Source: Candidatus Harrisonbacteria bacterium
GTDB taxonomy: Bacteria; Patescibacteriota; Minisyncoccia; UBA6257; 02-FULL-45-10c
DNA length: 64,000 nt
Direction of reading: 5' to 3'
NCBI GenBank assembly: GCA_016192685.1
Contig: JACPTS010000001.1
Location: 311,647-375,646, forward strand
In this document: positions 21,486-30,117 of the stretch, piece after piece
Layout of the letters: each line of letters starts with the position of its first letter
How positions within the stretch are numbered: position 1 is the stretch's first letter
Notes under the pieces: generated by a model
The model's input: the letters and a program-made list of their open reading frames with translations, nothing else
What the model was told of the DNA's origin: nothing
Databases searched by the model: none
Position numbers and translations under genes: made by a program

Positions 21486-22646
21486 ATGGCAAATAATGAT
21501 TTATTAACTCGGGGCGTTATAGAAATAATTGGAAAAGAGCATTTGGAAACCGCGCTTCATAGCGGCAGGAAATTACGGGTGAAATTCGGCATTGATCCGA
21601 CTTCGCCGGATTTGCATTTGGGGCACACGGTGCCGCTTCGGAAACTCCGCCAGTTTCAGGATGCCGGCCATACAGCGGTTTTGATTATCGGCGATTTTAC
21701 CGCTAAAATCGGCGATCCATCCGGCCGCGATAAAACCCGTCCCCAGCTTTCTGATAAAGAAATTAAAACCAACTTTAAAACTTATTTGAATCAAGCGAAG
21801 AAAGTTTTGGATATGAAAAAAACCGAGATTCATTATAATAGCGAATGGTTGAAAAAAGATAAGCTGATTTTAGAGTTGATGTCCCAGATGTCAATGGAGA
21901 GAGTGATGGAGCGGGAGGATTTCCAAAAAAGAATTAAAGCCGGACAAGAAGTAACTATGCTGGAGGCGCTTTACCCGATTTTACAAGGCTATGATTCAGT
22001 GGCAGTTCGCGCTGATGTAGAAATCGGCGGCAATGACCAAAAATTTAATCTTTTAATGGGCCGGCGGCTTCAAAGAAAATACGGCCAGAGCGAGCAGGAC
22101 GTGGTTATGCTTCCGCTTTTGGAAGGCACGGATGGCGTACAAAAAATGAGCAAAAGTTTGGGAAATTACATTGGGCTTGCGGAAAAGCCGGAAATTATGT
22201 TCGGGAAAATTATGTCGGTGCCGGATGAATTGATTTTAAAATACGCGGAACTTTTAACTGATTTGCCATTAGATAAGATATCGGCAAAAGCAAAATCCGA
22301 CCCTCGCGGCGCCAAAATGGACCTGGCCAAAACTTTGACAAAAATGTATCACGGAAAATCTGCCGGCGAAAAAGCGGAAAAAGAATTTGTGCGAATAGTA
22401 TCTAAAAAAGAAACACCAACAGAAGTTAAAAGTTTAAAGTTAAAAGTTATAAAGTTATCTTTGATTGATTTACTCGTTGAAACTAAATTAGCTTCCAGCA
22501 AAAGCGAAGCCAGGCGGCTTATTCAGCAGGGAGGAGTTAAAATCAACGGGGAAAAACAAGTTGACCCGGGCAAAACCGTTGATTTAAAGAAAGAAATTTT
22601 ATTGCAGGTTGGTAAAATGAAATACTTGAAAATTCGCAGAGGATAA
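21486..22646 (+). CDS. tyrS: tyrosine--tRNA ligase
   Basis: GIDPTSPDLHLGH, KMSKSLGN, C-terminal S4 domain. Confidence 0.97.
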   Translation: MANNDLLTRGVIEIIGKEHLETALHSGRKLRVKFGIDPTSPDLHLGHTVPLRKLRQFQDAGHTAVLIIGDFTAKIGDPSGRDKTRPQLSDKEIKTNFKTYLNQAKKVLDMKKTEIHYNSEWLKKDKLILELMSQMSMERVMEREDFQKRIKAGQEVTMLEALYPILQGYDSVAVRADVEIGGNDQKFNLLMGRRLQRKYGQSEQDVVMLPLLEGTDGVQKMSKSLGNYIGLAEKPEIMFGKIMSVPDELILKYAELLTDLPLDKISAKAKSDPRGAKMDLAKTLTKMYHGKSAGEKAEKEFVRIVSKKETPTEVKSLKLKVIKLSLIDLLVETKLASSKSEARRLIQQGGVKINGEKQVDPGKTVDLKKEILLQVGKMKYLKIRRG

Positions 22647-22684
22647 TATAAAATTCTAATTAGTTTCTTTAAAAGGAGGGGGTA

Positions 22685-22957
22685 ATGAAACGCGGAAAAG
22701 GAGCAGTGAGACGCAGAAAAAAAGATACGGCTCAGAAAGTTCGGGAGTTAAGGCATCTTTTGGGCGGCCGGAGAGCAGTTGTCCGGACGATGGAAGCGGC
22801 GTCTTCTTCCAGTTTGAAGAGGTGGGAGCAAAAAGAATGTTCCCCATTGCGCGCCCATGTGAAATTGGTAGATGAAACTTACGGCCTCGCAAGAAGAATG
22901 GGGAAAGTAATGCTTAGAAGATTGAGGGATAAAAATGGACATCCCCGCCCGAGTTAA
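22685..22957 (+). CDS. small basic hypothetical protein, possibly HTH-like
   Basis: AGGAGG SD; overlaps the next gene. Confidence 0.45.
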   Translation: MKRGKGAVRRRKKDTAQKVRELRHLLGGRRAVVRTMEAASSSSLKRWEQKECSPLRAHVKLVDETYGLARRMGKVMLRRLRDKNGHPRPS

Positions 22958-23273
22958 TAAACTGCTTGTTCATTTTGGTGTAAATCAGAAAAGGCTTGCT
23001 TTGATGCTTCGGGTTTCCGAATCAACCGTAAAACGCTGGCAGAAAGGGATTGGCGTAAGTAGAACGGATAGGTTGCCGGCATTTCGAAAATTGGAAGACT
23101 TAATGAAATTAACAGAAAAAACTTTAAGCAATGAAGGCATTCCCCGTTGGTATCATCGCCCCGCGGAACTTTTCGGCCGAGAAACGCCGATTGAATTTAT
23201 GATTAAAAATGACAGCGGCATAGAAAGAGTTACCAATCTTGTTGGACAGATACGCTGGGGAATTTTACCCTGA
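22935..23273 (+). CDS. Xre-type HTH plus MbcA/ParS-like antitoxin C-terminal domain protein
   Basis: NQKRLA.ML.VSESTVKRW HTH; W...P...FG.ETP..........V..L....WG C-terminal pattern. Confidence 0.72.
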   Translation: MDIPARVNKLLVHFGVNQKRLALMLRVSESTVKRWQKGIGVSRTDRLPAFRKLEDLMKLTEKTLSNEGIPRWYHRPAELFGRETPIEFMIKNDSGIERVTNLVGQIRWGILP

Positions 23274-23312
23274 TAGTACGAAAGGCCGGTTTTATAACCG
23301 GTTTTTTATTTG

Positions 23313-23383
23313 ACCCCGCACATAACTAAGACAATTAAAAATTACGAAACCTTTGGTTTCGCAGTCTTAATTATGTGTGGGGT
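23313..23383. repeat. 71-bp inverted-repeat (MITE/REP-like) element
   Basis: ACCCCGCACATAACTAAGAC ... GTCTTAATTATGTGTGGGGT arms with an internal CGAAACC-TTT-GGTTTCG hairpin. Confidence 0.6.
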
Positions 23384-23418
23384 TTGACGCCATAAATTAG
23401 TTTGTTATAATAAAATTA

Positions 23419-23481
23419 ATGAAAATTATTGCCACTACAACCACTGCCGCCGTTTCTAGCATTTTTGCTGGGGTATTTTAG
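23419..23481 (+). CDS. thrL: thr operon leader peptide MKIIATTTTAAVSSIFAGVF
   Basis: Ile-Ile-Ala-Thr4 run directly upstream of thrA, overlapping the antiterminator arm. Confidence 0.8.
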   Translation: MKIIATTTTAAVSSIFAGVF

Positions 23482-23535
23482 TAGTTTTAATAAATTAAGT
23501 TACTAAATCGCCCCGCAACGCGGGGCGATTGTTTT
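23467..23535 (+). promoter_or_regulatory. transcription attenuator (antiterminator and terminator)
   Basis: terminator AATCGCCCCGC-AAC-GCGGGGCGATT-GTTTT at 23506-23535; GCTGGGGTATTTTAGTA can pair alternatively with TACTAAATCGCCCCGC. Confidence 0.8.
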
Positions 23536-23544
23536 ATAAAACAT

Positions 23545-25965
23545 ATGGCGAAAATAACTAAAATTTTAAAATTCGGCGGTTCTTCGGTAGGAACGCCAAA
23601 AATGATTAAAAAGGTTGGTGAGATTGTTAAAATTGCTTCCAAAAAAGATAGGGTGGCAGTGGTAGTTTCGGCATTTCAGGGGGTGACTGATCAGCTTTTA
23701 AAGTGCGCCAAGCTTGCTGCCCAAAATAATTCTAAATTAGAAATAGAATTGAAAAATTTAAAAAATCGTCATTTTCAAGCCATTCAGTTATTAGTTGAAA
23801 ATAAAAAGTTAAAAGGAGGAAGTTTAAATTATGCGGAAAATTTATTTAAAGAACTGCAATTTATTTTAGAAAAGATTGCTAAGGAGAAAATAGCTTCGCC
23901 AAAAAATTTAGATTGGGTCGCTAGTTTTGGCGAGCGGCTTTCCGCTTATATCATCGCGGCTTCTATAAAAAATGCTTATTTTGTTGATGCGAGAGAATTA
24001 GTAAAAACTAATAATAATTTTACCAAGGCCGCTGTTGATTTTGGAAAAACCAATCGTCGAATCAAAAATTTCTTTAAAAATAAAAAGGGGATTCCTATTA
24101 TAACTGGGTTTCTTGGTTCTACCGCGAAAGGCGAAACTATTACTTTGGGGCGAGGCGGGTCTGATTATACCGCCTCAATTTTTGGCGCAGCATTAGAAGT
24201 AAAAGTTATAGAAATTTGGACAGATGTGGATGGCGTGATGAGCGCCGATCCACGATTAGTCCGAAGCGCTCAAGTTTTACCAAAAATCAGTTACGAAGAA
24301 GCTGTAGAAATGGCTTATTTTGGAGCTAAAGTGATTCATCCGGCCACCATGCTTCCGGCAATTAAAAATGGCATTCCGATTTTGATTAAAAATACTTTTA
24401 ATCCAAAAGCGCTCGGAACTTTGATTCAGAAAGAATTAATACCGGCGCCGACGATTAAAGGAATAACCGCGATGGATGATATTTCGTTAGTTACGATTAG
24501 GGGTGTCAGTTTGGCAGGAATTCCCGGTAGCGCCGCCAGAGTTTTTAGCGCCACCGCCAAAGCCAAGGCAAATGTTATTTTAATTTCACAAGCCTCTTCC
24601 GAACACACTATTTGCTTTGCCGTTAAAACTAATGAGCTTCGGGCCGCGCTGGGAGGGTTAAAAAAGGAATTTCAAAAAGAAATAAAATACAGGCAAGTCG
24701 GTATAAATACTATTTTAAATCAATCCATTCTTGCCATGGTTGGCGATGGGATGCGCGGCGTCCCCGGTATCGCGGGGCGGCTTTTTAGCATGCTTGGTGA
24801 TAATGGAGTTAATGTAACTGCCATTGCCCAAGGCGGCTCCGAACGGAATATTTCTTTTGTGGTTGACGCTAAAAATAAAGTGAAGGCTTTAAATGTTGTT
24901 CATGGGGAATTTTTTGAAGGCGGCGTGAAAAATATCTTTCTAGCCGGAACCGGCAATATCGGCAGCGCCCTACTTAATCAAATTTATTCAATATTAAGGA
25001 CATCGGGTGTCCAAAGATTGAAAATACGCGGCATAATTGACGCTTTTAATATGATAATAAATGAGCGCGGGGTTAATTTAAGAAACTGGAAAAATAAATT
25101 AAAAAAAGCAGAAAAACCAAACTTTAATAAATGGCTAGAACAAACAAAATCTTTGCCATTGGGAAATAAAATTTTTGTAGATTGCACTGCCAGCGAAGCG
25201 GTGGCTAAAAAATATATTGAAATTGCGGAAGCCGGATTCCATATCGTGACGCCGAATAAGAAATTTAATGTTTTGCCGATGAAAGAATATCGGAAATTGC
25301 GTGAGGTAATGGTGAAAAATAAAAAGCAGTTTTTATACGAAACCAATGTCGGCGCCGCTTTGCCGATTATATCCACTTTGCGGGATTTGCTGAAAACCGG
25401 CGATAAAATTACCAAAATTGAAGGTATTTTTTCCGGAACTCTTAGTTTTATCTTTAATTCTTACGACGGCAGTCGGTCATTCAGTGAAGTGGTAGCGGAA
25501 GCGAAAAAACTTGGATACACAGAGCCGGATCCGCGCGAAGATTTAAACGGCAATGATGTTGGCAGAAAGCTTTTAGTGCTTGCGCGGGAAACTGGATTAG
25601 AAATGGAAATGAAAGACATAAAAATTGAGAATTTAGTTCCGCGCACACTGCTATCTCGCGGGATAGCACCGGAAGATTTTTTAAAGAGACTGGAAAAATA
25701 TGATGACTATTTTAAAAAATTATTAGAAAAAGCAAAATCTAAAAATAAAGTTCTCCGATATGTCGCCAAATTAGAAAAAGGAAAGGTGGCCGCGGGATTA
25801 CAAGAAATTTCTTTAGATAACCCGCTTGCCAATACCAGAGATGCTGACAATATTTTTGCTTTTTACACCAAGCGATATAATAAAAGGCCTTTGGTCGTTC
25901 AGGGTCCGGGAGCTGGACGGGAAGTAACTGCGGCTGGGGTGCTGGCGGATATTTTAAGAATATGA
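23545..25965 (+). CDS. thrA: bifunctional aspartokinase/homoserine dehydrogenase
   Basis: KFGGSSV, TLGRGGSDYTA, two ACT domains, G.GNIG, YETNVGAALP, EPDPREDL.G.DV. Confidence 0.96.
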   Translation: MAKITKILKFGGSSVGTPKMIKKVGEIVKIASKKDRVAVVVSAFQGVTDQLLKCAKLAAQNNSKLEIELKNLKNRHFQAIQLLVENKKLKGGSLNYAENLFKELQFILEKIAKEKIASPKNLDWVASFGERLSAYIIAASIKNAYFVDARELVKTNNNFTKAAVDFGKTNRRIKNFFKNKKGIPIITGFLGSTAKGETITLGRGGSDYTASIFGAALEVKVIEIWTDVDGVMSADPRLVRSAQVLPKISYEEAVEMAYFGAKVIHPATMLPAIKNGIPILIKNTFNPKALGTLIQKELIPAPTIKGITAMDDISLVTIRGVSLAGIPGSAARVFSATAKAKANVILISQASSEHTICFAVKTNELRAALGGLKKEFQKEIKYRQVGINTILNQSILAMVGDGMRGVPGIAGRLFSMLGDNGVNVTAIAQGGSERNISFVVDAKNKVKALNVVHGEFFEGGVKNIFLAGTGNIGSALLNQIYSILRTSGVQRLKIRGIIDAFNMIINERGVNLRNWKNKLKKAEKPNFNKWLEQTKSLPLGNKIFVDCTASEAVAKKYIEIAEAGFHIVTPNKKFNVLPMKEYRKLREVMVKNKKQFLYETNVGAALPIISTLRDLLKTGDKITKIEGIFSGTLSFIFNSYDGSRSFSEVVAEAKKLGYTEPDPREDLNGNDVGRKLLVLARETGLEMEMKDIKIENLVPRTLLSRGIAPEDFLKRLEKYDDYFKKLLEKAKSKNKVLRYVAKLEKGKVAAGLQEISLDNPLANTRDADNIFAFYTKRYNKRPLVVQGPGAGREVTAAGVLADILRI

Positions 25966-27041
25966 AGAAAAGAGAGTTAAAAGTTAATAGTAAAAGGTTA
26001 AATGTTGGCATCTTGGGTGCCACTGGGATGGTTGGGCAGAGATTTGTGACGCTTTTGGAAAATCATCCGTGGTTTGAGGTGGTGAGTTTAGCGGCTTCGC
26101 CGCAATCGGCCGGGAAAACTTATGAGGAGGCAGTGTCTGGCCGTTGGGTTATGAAAAATTCAGTTCCAGAAAAATTACGCGGTTTAAAAATAAAAGTGGT
26201 TGAAGAAGATTTTGATGAAATTGTAAAAGAGGTGGACTTAGTATTTTCCGCTATTGATGCTGATAAAGAAAAAATCAAAGAAATTGAATTGCGATATGCC
26301 ACGGCTGGCGTGGCAGTAGTTTCCAATAATTCCGCGCATCGCTGGACCCAAGATGTGCCGATGATAATTCCCGAAATAAACGCGCATCATTTATCTTTAA
26401 TTGATATCCAGAAGAAAAATCGGGGTTGGGAAAAGGGGTTGCTCGTAGTGAAGCCAAATTGTTCTTTGCAGTCATATCTTCCAGTAGTATACGCGCTTAA
26501 AAAATTCGGCCCTAAAGAAGTTTTAGTTACGACTTTGCAGGCAATTTCCGGCGCCGGAAAAACTTTTGAATCGTGGCCGGAAATGCTGGATAACTGCATT
26601 CCTTTTATAAAAGGCGAGGAAGAAAAAACTGAAAAAGAACCGACAAAAATCTGGGGCGCGGGCTGTCCGGCTATTTCCGCCACCTGCATCCGTGTTCCAA
26701 TCTCGGATGGCCATATGGCAAGCGTTTCGGTAAAATTTGAAAATAAACCCTCGTTACAACAAATAAGAGATGCGATTGATAGTTTTCCAAATCCTTTGGC
26801 TAGCTTAGACTTACCGTCAGCTCCAAAAAAATTTATCAAATATTTTCTAGAAGATGATCGGCCGCAGACTAAATTAGATCGGGATTATGAAGGCGGCTTG
26901 GGCATTACTTGCGGGAGATTTCGCGAAGATGGAAATAATAGCTGGAAATTTGTTTCTCTTTCCCATAACACAATCCGTGGCGCTGCCGGCGGAGCGATTT
27001 TAATCGCCGAACTTTTGTATAAGAAAGGATATTTAAAATGA
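25962..27041 (+). CDS. asd: aspartate-semialdehyde dehydrogenase
   Basis: GILGATGMVGQ, KPNCS, QAISGAG, HNTIRGAAG. Confidence 0.96.
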   Translation: MKKRELKVNSKRLNVGILGATGMVGQRFVTLLENHPWFEVVSLAASPQSAGKTYEEAVSGRWVMKNSVPEKLRGLKIKVVEEDFDEIVKEVDLVFSAIDADKEKIKEIELRYATAGVAVVSNNSAHRWTQDVPMIIPEINAHHLSLIDIQKKNRGWEKGLLVVKPNCSLQSYLPVVYALKKFGPKEVLVTTLQAISGAGKTFESWPEMLDNCIPFIKGEEEKTEKEPTKIWGAGCPAISATCIRVPISDGHMASVSVKFENKPSLQQIRDAIDSFPNPLASLDLPSAPKKFIKYFLEDDRPQTKLDRDYEGGLGITCGRFREDGNNSWKFVSLSHNTIRGAAGGAILIAELLYKKGYLK

Positions 27042-27532
27042 AAGGAATTACTTTAATCGGAATGCCGGGATCGGGGAAATCTACTATCGGTAAATTACTT
27101 GCCAAAAAATTGGGGTGTAAATTTGTTGACTTGGATATCTTGATTAAAGAAAAAGAAAACCGCGGACATGAGGAAATTTTAGAAAAAGACGGCGGGGCGG
27201 AACTTTTGCGGCTGGAAAATTTGTATACTCTTGATTTGGATTTAGAAAATACCGTCTTTTCCCCCGGCGGAAGCATTGTTTATTCTTTGCCGGCAATGAG
27301 AAAACTCCAAAAAGAAACTAATATTATTTATTTAAAATTACCGCTTTTGGAAATAGAAAATCGTTTAGGCGGCAAAATTGATAGCCGGGGAATTGTTGGT
27401 TTTAAAGAAAAAGGGATTAAAAAGCTTTTTCGAGAACGGGATATTTTATATAAAAATTTTTCCCATAAAATCATTTCCTGTTTGGGATTAGATAAAGAAC
27501 AGCTTATTTATGAAATTTTACAGCACCAATAA
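27038..27532 (+). CDS. aroK: shikimate kinase (AroK)-family P-loop kinase; probable homoserine kinase from operon context
   Basis: GMPGSGKSTIG, FVDLD, SPGGS, R..LY; lies between asd and thrC with no thrB in the window. Confidence 0.75.
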   Translation: MKGITLIGMPGSGKSTIGKLLAKKLGCKFVDLDILIKEKENRGHEEILEKDGGAELLRLENLYTLDLDLENTVFSPGGSIVYSLPAMRKLQKETNIIYLKLPLLEIENRLGGKIDSRGIVGFKEKGIKKLFRERDILYKNFSHKIISCLGLDKEQLIYEILQHQ

Positions 27533-28868
27533 CCCTCCTTCGCATAAAGCTACGGAAGGCAAGAAAATCCATTTCGTTGATTTTAGAACGGCACTGCTAC
27601 AAGGATTGGCTTTAGATGGCGGACTTTTTATGCCGGAAAGATTTCCAAAATTGAATAAGAAATTCTTAAAAGATATTTCTAAAAAGGAATTTTGGAAAAT
27701 CGCTCTGGAAATCAGCAAAGGTTTTATTAAAGATATTCCGGAAAGAGAATTAAAGAAGATGCTAAAAGACGCTTTTAATTTTGAAGTGCCGCTGAAAAAA
27801 ATAAACGAAAATTTATATATTTTAGAGCTTTGGCATGGGCCAACTTTGGCTTTCAAGGATTTTGGCGCGCGGTTTATGGCCCGGCTCATGAATTATTACC
27901 TGCGCCGCGAAAAGGAAAAATTAAACATTATTGTCGCTACTTCTGGGGACACCGGGAGTGCGGTGGCGCAAGGATTTTATGGATTATCTAACATAAAAGT
28001 TTTTGTTTTATATCCGAGTAAACGCATAACTGCGCTTCAAGAAAAACAAATGGCAACGCTCGGTAAAAACATTGTGTCATTGGAAGTAAAAGGAAATTTT
28101 GATGATTGCCAAAAACTTGCCAAACAAATATTGGCAGATAAAGATTTAAAAGAAAAAATAAATTTATCTTCAGCCAATTCTATAAATTTTGGAAGATTAC
28201 TTCCGCAATCCTTTTATTATTTTTACGGTTATGCCCAATTACTAAATAAGTTAAAAGTTAAAAGTGAAAAATTAAAAGTTATTTATTGTGTTCCCAGCGG
28301 GAATTTCGGCAATTTAACCGCCGGATTAATGGCGAAACAAATGGGTTTGCCCGTGAAACAATTTATCGCGGCGACGAATGCGAATGATATTGTTCCGCAA
28401 TATCTCAGAACCGGAAAATTTGTTTCACGCGTTTCGTGTAAAACAATTTCTAACGCCATGGATGTCGGCAATCCGAGCAATTTTGCGAGGATGCTGGAAA
28501 TGTTTCACGGCGATGTAAAACAAATGCGCCGCGAAATTATTGGTTTCGGTGTAAGTGACAAACAAACGCGTGAAACAATTAAAAATGTTTATCGTAAAAC
28601 CGGCTATATTTTAGATCCGCATACTGCGGTTGGAATTGCCGCGGCGCGCAAAAGCAATATTTTGCAACCGATTATCGTATTAAGCACCGCGCATCCTGCT
28701 AAATTCAGAGAAGCGGTGGAGCCGGTTATAAGCAAAAAGATTTCCTTGCCGCCGCAGCTCAAAAAAATTATTAATAAAGCCAAAAAGGCGACTTTGGTGG
28801 AAAATAATGTTGAGACGGTTAAGCGGATTATTTTAGAAAAATATGGACATATCAAAAAAACCGCCTGA
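27510..28868 (+). CDS. thrC: threonine synthase
   Basis: GLA.DGGLF, HGPTLAFKDFG, ATSGDTG, SANSIN, PSGNFGN, DPHTA, TAHPAKF. Confidence 0.97.
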   Translation: MKFYSTNNPPSHKATEGKKIHFVDFRTALLQGLALDGGLFMPERFPKLNKKFLKDISKKEFWKIALEISKGFIKDIPERELKKMLKDAFNFEVPLKKINENLYILELWHGPTLAFKDFGARFMARLMNYYLRREKEKLNIIVATSGDTGSAVAQGFYGLSNIKVFVLYPSKRITALQEKQMATLGKNIVSLEVKGNFDDCQKLAKQILADKDLKEKINLSSANSINFGRLLPQSFYYFYGYAQLLNKLKVKSEKLKVIYCVPSGNFGNLTAGLMAKQMGLPVKQFIAATNANDIVPQYLRTGKFVSRVSCKTISNAMDVGNPSNFARMLEMFHGDVKQMRREIIGFGVSDKQTRETIKNVYRKTGYILDPHTAVGIAAARKSNILQPIIVLSTAHPAKFREAVEPVISKKISLPPQLKKIINKAKKATLVENNVETVKRIILEKYGHIKKTA

Positions 28869-28885
28869 AAGCGGTTTAAAAATTT

Positions 28886-29197
28886 TTACTTAGAGCTCTT
28901 ACATAATGACATAATTCCTTCCTCCATCATTTTTTTGAGTTCGTCGGCATGCCACCGATTATCAGTAGTTGCCCATCCGTCAATCATTCGCGCCAGTATT
29001 GGCTCTTTTACATTTTTAATTTCGTAAGCCAATGCCTCCTTAATTTGTTTGGCAAGGTATTCCTTATTGCTCAAAATACAATTATATTGCCAAAACATTT
29101 CAACGCCAGCAGCGAATAATACTGATTTTTCTGTTTCCAGATACACATGCTTAACATAACCGCGCCAACCTTTAAAAGTAAGCCTATGCACTTTCAT
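28886..29197 (-). CDS. hypothetical protein
   Basis: 103-aa ORF sharing a terminator with thrC. Confidence 0.5.
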   Translation of the reverse strand: MKVHRLTFKGWRGYVKHVYLETEKSVLFAAGVEMFWQYNCILSNKEYLAKQIKEALAYEIKNVKEPILARMIDGWATTDNRWHADELKKMMEEGIMSLCKSSK

Positions 29198-29267
29198 TGG
29201 CTGCTCTTTTATTTTTTAGAAATAACTATTAAGTAGATTAATAAGAAATTATTCCTAAGTCAAGTTC

Positions 29268-29291
29268 TGGAGTGGGTAACTAGAGTCGAAC
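29268..29291 (-). pseudogene. tRNA 3'-end remnant (Gly-like)
   Basis: minus strand GTTCGACTCTAGTTACCCACTCCA = T-loop, acceptor strand and CCA; resembles the 3' end of tRNA-Gly at 30006. Confidence 0.5.
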
Positions 29292-29329
29292 ATTTATGAT
29301 ATACTAATATAGTATAATATAAGGTTTAT

Positions 29330-29992
29330 ATGCTGACAATAAGAAAAGAAAAATATCTTGCTATTAAATTACGCAAGCAAAATAAAAGCTATGATGAAAT
29401 TAATAAAATTCTTGGAATATCTAAGAGTACTTTAGCTGGGTGGCTTAAAAATGACCCCAGTTCTAAAAAAGCAAAATTATTTCTTAATAGCAAATCTAAC
29501 AAAAAGGTAGCTGAAAGAATTCAAAAATTTGTTGAAGAAAATAGAAAACGTCACGAGAATCGAAGAAAAGATATTCGAAATGAAGCAATAAAACAATTTG
29601 AGATCTTACAAAAAGATCATTTATTTATTGCTGGAACAATGCTCTATTGGGCAGAGGGCGATAATAAGCTAGGAAATCCATTTAGATTGACAAACACAGA
29701 TCCAAGAATGATATCTCTGTATATAAAATATTTGATAAAAATCCTTAATATTTCTGAAAAAGAAATACGACCAGCCATTATTCTTTACCCGGATTTATTA
29801 GAAAGGGAATGTATAAAATTTTGGTCAAAAATTACTGGAGTAAATTCTAGTCAATTTTACAAAACTCAATTCATCAAAGGGAAACATCCTACAAAAAGAT
29901 TATCTCACGGTATTTGCATGATAAATTGCAATAATAGACCTACAAAACAAAAAATATTGGCATGGATTGATTTATTGAGTAAAACCTTATAA
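29330..29992 (+). CDS. HTH plus degenerate LAGLIDADG-like domain protein (CPR type)
   Basis: AI.LRK...SY.EI...LGISKSTL..WL HTH; GTMLYWAEG, F..TNTDP.MI, FWSKITG. Confidence 0.75.
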   Translation: MLTIRKEKYLAIKLRKQNKSYDEINKILGISKSTLAGWLKNDPSSKKAKLFLNSKSNKKVAERIQKFVEENRKRHENRRKDIRNEAIKQFEILQKDHLFIAGTMLYWAEGDNKLGNPFRLTNTDPRMISLYIKYLIKILNISEKEIRPAIILYPDLLERECIKFWSKITGVNSSQFYKTQFIKGKHPTKRLSHGICMINCNNRPTKQKILAWIDLLSKTL

Positions 29993-30005
29993 AATAATTT
30001 ATATT

Positions 30006-30076
30006 GCGGGTATCGTATAGTGGTAATACGTCACCTTGCCAAGGTGAGGTCGCGGGTCCGATTCCCGCTACCCGCT
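30006..30076 (+). tRNA. tRNA-Gly(GCC)
   Basis: GCGGGTA acceptor; anticodon loop TTGCCAA. Confidence 0.93.
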
Positions 30077-30117
30077 CAGTAAAAATAAAAAACCGCACGT
30101 AAAGTGCGGTATTTATT

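Noticed and set aside
30050-30066. Non-canonical T-loop (GTCCGA) in tRNA-Gly and tRNA-Ile as a sign of pseudogenes
   Set aside because: The stems pair fully and the same variant occurs in two tRNAs, so it is more likely a lineage trait.
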